Source: Candidatus Micrarchaeota archaeon (GTDB lineage Archaea; Micrarchaeota; Micrarchaeia; Micrarchaeales; CABMGC01). From it: a DNA stretch of 64,000 nucleotides. The translations under genes and the position numbers were made by a program. Positions 57,200-64,000 of the stretch are shown one piece after another. The number at the start of each line of letters is the position of its first letter. Position 1 is the stretch's first letter. The notes under the pieces are model-generated. The model did not search any database. It was not told where the DNA came from and was given only the letters and a program-made list of their open reading frames with translations. The stretch lies in contig DAHXNY010000002.1 in the NCBI GenBank assembly GCA_027365175.1, positions 5,623 through 69,622 on the forward strand, given 5' to 3'.

Positions 57200-58972
57200 T
57201 CACTTTTCCTCCGCTTCCATGTATGCCTTGGAGGTATCGCTGAACTCCTTGTCCATCTCCTCAGCAATCTTCTTCTCCGTCTTCTCGACCTCATGCTCCT
57301 TAACCTCTTTCAGCCTTGCAATCTGGTCTATTATCTTCATCTTTGTTATATTGTCGAGAGGAACACCTTCCTTAAGGGAATCCTCCGCCTTCTTTGAGAA
57401 GCGCAGCATCGCCCTCAGCATGAACTCCTGTTTCTTGAGGCTCGTGTACGCATCAACCTCGTCGAAAGCACTCTGCCTCAGGAAGCTCTCCCTTATCATC
57501 TTTCCCACCTCAAGCACAAGCCTTTCATGGTCAGGAAGCGCTTCTGCACCGACGAGTTGGACTATGTCCTTGAGCTCTGCCTCTCTCTGCAGTATCTGCA
57601 TGCACTCCTTTCTCATCGAGAGGAACTCCTTGCCAAGGTTCTTCTCATACCAGCTCTCAAGCGAGTCTATGTACAGAGAGTAGCTAGACAGCCAGTTTAT
57701 CGAAGGGAAGTGCCTTGAGTTTGCAAGCGAGGCGTCAAGCGACCAGAAGGCCTTGACCACCCTTAGCGTTCCCTGAGATACAGGCTCCGAGAGGTCCCCT
57801 CCAGGAGGGGAGACCGCACCTACCAGCGTCACCGAACCTATCTTTCCGGAGAGTGTTTCAACCTTTCCTCCCCTCTCATAATATTCGGCAAGCCTCTTCG
57901 GCAGATATGCAGGATAACCCTCCTCTCCGGGCATCTCTTCAAGCCTTGCGGATATCTCTCGCATAGCTTCAGCCCATCTCGATGTAGAGTCTGCCATGAT
58001 TGCAACGCTGTATCCCATGTCCCTGAAATATTCGGCGATGGTTATTCCTGTATAAATGCTCGCCTCTCTTGCAGCTACGGGCATATTGCTTGTATTTGCT
58101 ATAAGCACAGTCCTTTCCATAAGCGGCCTTCCGCTTCTGGGATCCTTCAGCTCAGGAAACTCCGTCAGAATCTCAGTCATCTCGTTTCCCCTCTCCCCGC
58201 AACCAACATAGACTACAATGTCGCTGTCAGCATACTTTGCGAGCTGGTGCTGTATTACCGTCTTTCCTGCTCCGAACGGACCTGGAACTGCGGCAGTGCC
58301 TCCCTTTGCTATGGGGAACAGCGTATCTATTACCCTCTGCCCTGTTACTAGGGGTTCATCAGACCTGAACCTGTTCTTGTATTTCGAAGGCTTTCTTACA
58401 GACCTTCTCTGAAGCATAGTTATCTCATGGCTCTTGCCCTTGCTCTCAACTACAGCTATCGTATCCTCTACTGCAAAGCTTCCCTGCTTTATGCTCTTTA
58501 TCTTTCCGCTGACTCCATAAGGCACCATTATATAGTGCTTTATCAGCTCGGTCTCCTGCACGTATCCTAGTATCTGCCCTTCACTCACAGACGATCCTGC
58601 ATGCACTCCCTTATCGGCAACGAACTTCCATTTCTTCTTCTTGTCCACAGGATCGGCAACTATTCCCTTCTCTATGAAGACTCCGCTCTTTGACCTTAGA
58701 ACCTCAAGAGGGCGCTGTATGCCGTCATATATGTTGCTAAGTATTCCAGGACCGAGCTCCACGGAAAGAGGCAGCTTTGTAGACTCTACGCTCTCTCCCG
58801 GCCCTATCCCTGTAGTGTCCTCATACACCTGTATGATCGCCCTGTCCTTTCTCAGCTGTATGATCTCTCCTACGAGCCCGTCCTTTCCTACCTTCACCAC
58901 GTCATACATGCTGCTTCCAAGCATATCCTTTGCAACTACTAGCGGTCCTGAAACCTTTTCGATAATTCCCAT
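57200..58972 (-). CDS. atpA: A-type ATP synthase catalytic subunit A (no intein)
   Basis: Walker [10 protein letters not shown] and the non-homologous region typical of A subunits, 590 aa. Confidence 0.95.
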   Translation of the reverse strand: MGIIEKVSGPLVVAKDMLGSSMYDVVKVGKDGLVGEIIQLRKDRAIIQVYEDTTGIGPGESVESTKLPLSVELGPGILSNIYDGIQRPLEVLRSKSGVFIEKGIVADPVDKKKKWKFVADKGVHAGSSVSEGQILGYVQETELIKHYIMVPYGVSGKIKSIKQGSFAVEDTIAVVESKGKSHEITMLQRRSVRKPSKYKNRFRSDEPLVTGQRVIDTLFPIAKGGTAAVPGPFGAGKTVIQHQLAKYADSDIVVYVGCGERGNEMTEILTEFPELKDPRSGRPLMERTVLIANTSNMPVAAREASIYTGITIAEYFRDMGYSVAIMADSTSRWAEAMREISARLEEMPGEEGYPAYLPKRLAEYYERGGKVETLSGKIGSVTLVGAVSPPGGDLSEPVSQGTLRVVKAFWSLDASLANSRHFPSINWLSSYSLYIDSLESWYEKNLGKEFLSMRKECMQILQREAELKDIVQLVGAEALPDHERLVLEVGKMIRESFLRQSAFDEVDAYTSLKKQEFMLRAMLRFSKKAEDSLKEGVPLDNITKMKIIDQIARLKEVKEHEVEKTEKKIAEEMDKEFSDTSKAYMEAEEK

Positions 58973-58982
58973 CTAAATCACG

Positions 58983-59327
58983 TTAAGCGTTTTTTGTAAT
59001 ATCTATACCGATCGCGCGCATAATCAGGCTGCGCAGCGTATCCTCTTCCTCTACAGGCTCCTTCTCTTCGGGTATCTCCACAAAGAGCGGCAGTATGCTG
59101 CTGGAAATGGCTTCCTGCAGCTTCCTGTCCTTGACAAGCTTCTTTACTCCCGAGGTTATTATCACTATGCCCGTCTCTTTATCGTCAAGAACGTTCTTGA
59201 GTGCAGCCTCTGCCGTAGCCTGGTCATAAACTTCGTATGAGCTGGCTATGCCGCCAAGCTTGAAGCCCAGGGACATGAGCCCATTGCCTATCATTACTAT
59301 TTTGTAACTATCTAATTTTTCCTCCAA
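58983..59327 (-). CDS. atpF: A-type ATP synthase subunit F
   Basis: 114 aa, KIVMIGNGLMSLGFKLGGI pattern, and position between C and A. Confidence 0.8.
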   Translation of the reverse strand: MEEKLDSYKIVMIGNGLMSLGFKLGGIASSYEVYDQATAEAALKNVLDDKETGIVIITSGVKKLVKDRKLQEAISSSILPLFVEIPEEKEPVEEEDTLRSLIMRAIGIDITKNA

Positions 59328-60355
59328 ACCATCAGCCTCTCTTTCTCCTCGTTGCTAAGTCCGTACATGCTTCCGTGTATCATCACCCTGAGCGTATCCA
59401 CCTCTATCTCCTTGAAGTAAAGGTATGCGAGTATGGAACCGAACGAGAGCACGCTGTGCCCGAGCAGCCTTACGCTGTCCTTCAGCATAGAGTTCCTAAG
59501 CGCTATCTCGAATGAGAGCAGCTCCTTGTTCTTGCTCTTCCTGTATATGTCAAGTGCATTCTGCATGTCAGCAATCTTTATGCTTTCTACAAAGGATTCA
59601 AGATCCTTGGAACCTTCATACATCTTTGAGAGCTCCTCTTTTGCAATGGTTCCATGCTCTGCGATCAGAGGTTCTATCTCTGTAAACTTCATACCTACTC
59701 TCTTTGCCTTTATCAGGAGCATGAGGTTTCTCACATCTATGCTTATCTTCAGCATTCTGGACGACTGTGGGTGTACGGTACGAAGCTTTGAAACAGTGCT
59801 CCCAAGAACCGAATAATAACCCATATCTATCGCGTTGACAGCATCAACGGTCATCTTCCTCTTCTTGTACTCTTCGGCTGCAGATCTGAGTATTGCAGTG
59901 TAAGGGGAGTTGACCATAAGTTTAGAGATCAGCGCATCAACGCTCTCTTCGGACATAGCCTCCTTGATAACCTGCCTGTTGTACCTCCCTTCATCAATCA
60001 CATACTTCGAGATTGATTCATAAGAGTCCTTTCTTCCCTTGGCCTCTATGGCAAGCTTTATGTTTGAAAGGTCCCACTTGCCCACTATGCTCCTCATGAG
60101 CTTCCTGTCAGTTGTCGGAGAGATATCCACAAGCTTTCCCAGCCTTCGCGCAAGGTTCTTGCTCAGCGCAAAGTCTATCAGTTCCTCCTTTATGCTGGTT
60201 CCGCCAAACTCCTCAAGATCCTGCCTGTAGTCTGTCTGGTAAAGAAGGGCTATTATCGCCCCTGTATCCTTGGCCTTCATTATCTCCTCCATCTGCCTGC
60301 CGTCTATCAGGAAGGACTCCATAGCCTTTACTCTAGCGTTAGAGTATCCATACAA
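59312..60355 (-). CDS. atpC: A-type ATP synthase subunit C
   Basis: 347-aa helical protein starting YGYSNARVKAM, at the expected operon position. Confidence 0.75.
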   Translation of the reverse strand: MYGYSNARVKAMESFLIDGRQMEEIMKAKDTGAIIALLYQTDYRQDLEEFGGTSIKEELIDFALSKNLARRLGKLVDISPTTDRKLMRSIVGKWDLSNIKLAIEAKGRKDSYESISKYVIDEGRYNRQVIKEAMSEESVDALISKLMVNSPYTAILRSAAEEYKKRKMTVDAVNAIDMGYYSVLGSTVSKLRTVHPQSSRMLKISIDVRNLMLLIKAKRVGMKFTEIEPLIAEHGTIAKEELSKMYEGSKDLESFVESIKIADMQNALDIYRKSKNKELLSFEIALRNSMLKDSVRLLGHSVLSFGSILAYLYFKEIEVDTLRVMIHGSMYGLSNEEKERLMVWRKN

Positions 60356-60374
60356 AGTCCTAGCCTTTATTAGA

Positions 60375-61016
60375 TCACCTTTTTCTCCCTTTCTTACTCA
60401 CAGTATGCTTCGCTGCTTTGTGCTTATCTGCAGCTGCGGGTCTCGCCTCTCCTTTATCCCTGCCGTGCTTATTTCCAAACATGAAGGCAGATATCTCGGC
60501 CCGTATGAGATCGCTGTTCTCCTCTACTATCTTTGCAGGCGTTGCATCAAGCCTTATCCTTCCGTCTTTCGACTCTATGACGAAGCCCTCTCCATCCATA
60601 TGCTTGACCTCATAGCCCTTAAGCGAAGCTGCAGCCTTCTTATTGACAGTCACTATTATCTCATCTGTCGTCTTCTCCATCTCCTTTATCGCTGATTTCA
60701 GCATCTTGTCAAGGTTCTGTTCTGAAAGCATCCTGGAGAGTTTCGGCATCACCTTTTCCATCGCACTGGAAACCGCTCCTGCCTCCGCGGCATTCATCAG
60801 CGCGGTTGTCATGTTGTCAAGGTCGGATTTCTTCTCCATCTCTACCCTATTCATCTCAACCTTGGCTTCCTCATCGGCCTTCTTCTCCATAGCAGCCGCT
60901 TCCTTCCTTGCCTCCTCTGTCATCTTTTTTGCATTCTCTGAAGCTTCGCTCTCTATCTCTGCCGCTTTCTTCTCAGCATCCTTTATGATGCTGCCTCTTA
61001 TCTTGTCAAGGGTCAT
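60375..61016 (-). CDS. atpE: A-type ATP synthase subunit E
   Basis: N-terminal Lys/Glu/Ala coiled coil plus a globular C-domain, at the expected operon position. Has a basic C-terminal tail. Confidence 0.7.
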   Translation of the reverse strand: MTLDKIRGSIIKDAEKKAAEIESEASENAKKMTEEARKEAAAMEKKADEEAKVEMNRVEMEKKSDLDNMTTALMNAAEAGAVSSAMEKVMPKLSRMLSEQNLDKMLKSAIKEMEKTTDEIIVTVNKKAAASLKGYEVKHMDGEGFVIESKDGRIRLDATPAKIVEENSDLIRAEISAFMFGNKHGRDKGEARPAAADKHKAAKHTVSKKGRKR

Positions 61017-61023
61017 GGGAACA

Positions 61024-61260
61024 CTATATTATTCCGGCGGTCAGCATTATCAGTATTGCAACTACGAAACCGAATATCAGGAGTGTTTCAGGTATTACCA
61101 GGAAGAGCAGCACTGTACCCATGCTCTCAGGCTTCTCTGCTATCATCCCCAGGCCTGCGCTTCCTATTGCGGCCTGCGCCGATCCTGTTCCTATAGCACC
61201 TCCTGCTATAGCTATTCCTGCTCCTATTGCAGCTATTGCTGTTTCCAAAGTTATAGCCAT
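61024..61260 (-). CDS. atpK: A-type ATP synthase proteolipid subunit K (single hairpin)
   Basis: 78 aa, Gly/Ala-rich helix 1, and a conserved acidic residue in helix 2 (VIPETL). Confidence 0.85.
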   Translation of the reverse strand: MAITLETAIAAIGAGIAIAGGAIGTGSAQAAIGSAGLGMIAEKPESMGTVLLFLVIPETLLIFGFVVAILIMLTAGII

Positions 61261-61282
61261 TCAAATCACGTTATTATTCTTA

Positions 61283-63151
61283 TTATTCTTTAGTATAAAC
61301 TCTTTTGTAGCTGAAGGGTTTGAAGCGGATTCCACTTCCAGTATAGAACTTGGAGAAGAATTCAACGAAGTTGAGCCTCACTCCCTGCACCATTCCTTCG
61401 AATATGGCGAGAACCATGTTGAAGAAGTGTAGCAGGATAAATATTATAATATATACAATGAACAGTGGAATGCCCATTCCAAGGTTCGGAGTGAACGCCT
61501 GGTCTATCAGCAGGGCTATTATTACGGAGCCCAATCCGAAGCCCATGATCCTCGCATAGCTCAGAGGATGCGTTATAAGATTGGTTATCTCCGGAGCCTC
61601 CTCCCTGCTCAACCCTATCGTTGCAAGTATCAGCAGTATTGCTGCGATGCCTGTAGCTGCCCCTACCGTGGCATTAAACTGGCCGAAGAAGACAGCGCTG
61701 ACAGCTATGGCCCCGAGTATTATTGCTCCTGCAGAAGAAAGCTTTGCGAGCGCATGCTTGTTATGTCCGTGCCTGCGCTGATTGATAGCGCCTATCGCAA
61801 GCCCTGTAACCACCTGCGCTATCCCTAACAGTATTGTTATAACGAGAATTGTGGTGATGTTCTTTAGCCAGTTGAATGTTGGTATAAAGCCAAGCCCTAT
61901 GTACTGGTTCAGCTGGAAGCCGAAGTATTGGTTAGACAGTATCCCGAAGAATATCACCGCTATGGAAGTGAGCCTCCATATCCTTGCGACGTTGTTCAGT
62001 AGTCCATCAGAATCAGTCTTCATTATTATCAAGCTTACGACTATCAGGGAGAGTATTCCATAGCCTACATCGGATACCATCAGGCCGTAGAATATCGGAA
62101 ATGATATTATGAATATCCACGTAGGGTCTATCTCATCGCTTCTCGGTGTGGAATAGAAATTCATGAGATAATCGAAAGGCTGTAGGAACTTAGGTCTGTT
62201 AATCTGCGTGGGTGCAAGTTCGTCATCGTATACGTGCTCTATGTAGAACCTGCCTTCTGCAGCACCGCCTATAATCCTATCGAGCTCATGGTATCTCTTC
62301 TTCGCTATCCAGCCCTCTATGAGGAAGGTCTTGTCAATTTTCTTGAATATCGCGCTCACGTTTGCCTTCTGCAGCTCTATGTCGAGCATCTCTGTCATGG
62401 AAGCAAGCTGCGAATACTTTGCGCTGCTTATCTCATGCAATTCCTTGTTTATCTCAGAAATGCGCTTGTCGTTCTGTGCCCTCTTCTTCCTTGACGACAG
62501 CAGCGTTTCCTCCGGAACCCCATGCATGTATCTGGAGTGCAGGTCGATCTCCGTAACTCCGGCATCCTTTGCGATATCTGCTACATTGCCCGGCTTTGCA
62601 TATACTATCACTCCCGATATGTGCTTTCCGTTCTTCCTTGTCTCAATAGAATAATCTTTCGAGCCCTTAAGTCTCCTAGACAGCTGCGAATAGCCTTTGC
62701 CGTCGGTATAGAATGCGAAATATCCAAACCTCTCGCTCTGCAACCTGTCATAATTTATCCCTGTTCCCTTTAGCTTTTCAGAAGAATCGATAGAATAATC
62801 AAGAAGCGCATTGTCTTCCTGGATAAGCTGCATCTCATTCCCAAGGTCGTATACCTTCTGTACTGCCTTCTCCGCTCTTGCCTCCTTTATAAGTTTCTCA
62901 AGCTCCATGTGCTTCTGCTTCTTTACCTCGTGCTTCTCAAGCAGGTGGAGCGCACCATCAAACCTTATGAGCAGCTCAGAGAGCTCCGACGCCTGGTCAG
63001 ACGGCTTGCTATCCTCTATATTTATCCTGCTCTTCCTGAGATCCATTATGCCTATGGACTGCAGGGCAGAAACAATGTTATGCATATCCTTGTCCAGCGC
63101 AATTATCCTGACCTTCTGCATCGGTTCCGTACTTAACAATCTATGCACCAA
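61283..63151 (-). CDS. atpI: A-type ATP synthase subunit I
   Basis: 622 aa with a soluble N-terminal half and a polytopic C-terminal half containing the HPLSYARIMGFGL motif. Confidence 0.85.
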   Translation of the reverse strand: MVHRLLSTEPMQKVRIIALDKDMHNIVSALQSIGIMDLRKSRINIEDSKPSDQASELSELLIRFDGALHLLEKHEVKKQKHMELEKLIKEARAEKAVQKVYDLGNEMQLIQEDNALLDYSIDSSEKLKGTGINYDRLQSERFGYFAFYTDGKGYSQLSRRLKGSKDYSIETRKNGKHISGVIVYAKPGNVADIAKDAGVTEIDLHSRYMHGVPEETLLSSRKKRAQNDKRISEINKELHEISSAKYSQLASMTEMLDIELQKANVSAIFKKIDKTFLIEGWIAKKRYHELDRIIGGAAEGRFYIEHVYDDELAPTQINRPKFLQPFDYLMNFYSTPRSDEIDPTWIFIISFPIFYGLMVSDVGYGILSLIVVSLIIMKTDSDGLLNNVARIWRLTSIAVIFFGILSNQYFGFQLNQYIGLGFIPTFNWLKNITTILVITILLGIAQVVTGLAIGAINQRRHGHNKHALAKLSSAGAIILGAIAVSAVFFGQFNATVGAATGIAAILLILATIGLSREEAPEITNLITHPLSYARIMGFGLGSVIIALLIDQAFTPNLGMGIPLFIVYIIIFILLHFFNMVLAIFEGMVQGVRLNFVEFFSKFYTGSGIRFKPFSYKRVYTKE

Positions 63152-63464
63152 TTATCTTCTCCACAAGCCTCTTGACGAGCTTATTCAATTCCGAGTCATT
63201 AAGCGTCCTCTTCCTTATCCTGTCGGCTTCCTTCTTTGCCGATGCCGAGCCCTTTTCCACAGCCTTCTCCCCTTCAGCATAAGCCTGGCTTATCCTCTTC
63301 TTCTGCTCGGCTTCCGCATTTGTCCTTGCCTCTTCAATTATCCCCGCGGCCTTCTCCCTTGCCCTCTCAACAGTCTCAACTCCCTTAGACTGAGCCTCAG
63401 CTATTATCTTTGCCGCTTCTATCTCTGCGCCCTGCATCTCCTCAATGGCACTCTTACTCATCAA
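63141..63464 (-). CDS. atpH: A-type ATP synthase subunit H
   Basis: 107-aa Ala/Glu/Lys-rich helical protein at the head of the operon. Confidence 0.6.
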   Translation of the reverse strand: MMSKSAIEEMQGAEIEAAKIIAEAQSKGVETVERAREKAAGIIEEARTNAEAEQKKRISQAYAEGEKAVEKGSASAKKEADRIRKRTLNDSELNKLVKRLVEKIIGA

Positions 63465-63584
63465 TACACCATCAATAACTCATTAATCTAAACCAAGCTA
63501 GAGCCCTGCAAAAGCGGCTCCATGTACTGATATTGATAAGGAAAAAGAGTTTAAGAACCTTGCGCTGAATCTCTATAGGTTTTC

Positions 63585-64000
63585 ATGCTCTACTTTCTGC
63601 ATCTATCAAGGAAGTTCTGGAAGAGCTCATACCAGGAACTAAGAGGCATCTGCAGCTTCAAGCCTATCGAGAGCCTTTGGGACAACCTGATAATAGAGGC
63701 GAAACCCGGCCTTCTCAGCAGTCTGAATTCCAAGGAAAACGTCTTCATATATGGGGCATTCGAGCTGTCAGATAGCTGCAGCATAGACAAAGAGGATTAT
63801 GCAGAGAGCATCTACTCTTCAATAAAAGAGCAAGCGGAAAAGGCAGACGGTAAGAGCATAATGATAGACATATACGACGTGAACAGCAAACATGGTTATT
63901 CAGGCAAGGATCTGGAGGTGCTTTTCGGCAACAGGCTTGAGAAGGATGGATTCGGTGTGAGCATGGAGAAGCCTGAAGTTCTCATCTATGCCGTTCTCTT
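63585..64000 (+). CDS. Hypothetical protein, N-terminal part (runs off window), possibly a THUMP-like RNA-modification enzyme
   Basis: Open frame from ATG 63585 to the window end, absent from the ORF track because it has no stop. The family guess rests only on a weak ..EKPEVLIYAVL pattern. Confidence 0.25.
   Translation, partial: MLYFLHLSRKFWKSSYQELRGICSFKPIESLWDNLIIEAKPGLLSSLNSKENVFIYGAFELSDSCSIDKEDYAESIYSSIKEQAEKADGKSIMIDIYDVNSKHGYSGKDLEVLFGNRLEKDGFGVSMEKPEVLIYAVL

Noticed and set aside
55036-63491. Many 60-250-aa ORFs lie antisense to or overlapping the ATPase operon (for example 56639-57397, 60643-61293, 62811-63491). Similar ones occur elsewhere (1325-1921, 41329-41934, 45033-45608).
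   Set aside because: They overlap strongly supported genes on the opposite strand, have low-complexity or Ser/Leu/Cys-rich compositions, and carry no motifs. They are shadow ORFs.
1-64000. CRISPR arrays, cas genes, or diversity-generating retroelements (considered because of the C-terminal lectin-like domain of the pilin at 39644-40618).
   Set aside because: No regularly spaced direct repeats were seen in any intergenic region. No reverse transcriptase is present, and no template/variable repeat pair was noticed by eye. This was not a systematic search.

Overview
This is a compact, gene-dense archaeal chromosomal segment. Archaeal markers include a complete A-type ATPase operon (atpHIKECFABD), Alba, a Nop5-like protein, EndoQ, Dpo4, a DGGGP-synthase-like UbiA protein and an NMD3-like protein. 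There is also a stand-alone, sequence-divergent 16S rRNA gene with no 23S or 5S nearby, plus three tRNAs. Reduced or split genes and the unusual 16S suggest a small-genome DPANN or Micrarchaeota-like lineage, but I cannot confirm this without a database search. Most of the window is housekeeping: gatCA, glyS, ogg, rnhB, secDF, aminotransferase, Dph6 and others. The non-ordinary content is as follows. (1) A four-gene membrane/ATPase operon at 7.2-10.2 kb has VirB2-like, VirB6-like and split VirB4/HerA-like components, an architecture resembling the Ced DNA-import system. (2) Two tnpB-only IS200/IS605-type elements are each disabled by a single lesion: an in-frame TGA in one and an A5 homopolymer frameshift in the other. 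A family of CCCAC...GTGGG end hairpins accompanies them. (3) A 383-bp inverted partial IS copy creates a chimeric tnpB::hbd ORF and, with the full copy, brackets an 11.1-kb segment containing the 16S gene. (4) A pilus-type locus at 39.6-43.8 kb has a LamG-domain pilin, a Q/P-rich protein and a split TadB/TadC-like platform, but no ATPase. (5) Smaller oddities include an RNase HII with no canonical start codon, a free-standing LAGLIDADG-like ORF next to the 16S gene, a Pif1-type helicase and a tRNA-Val with an unusual T-loop. All product calls come from motif recognition by eye, and no searches were run.
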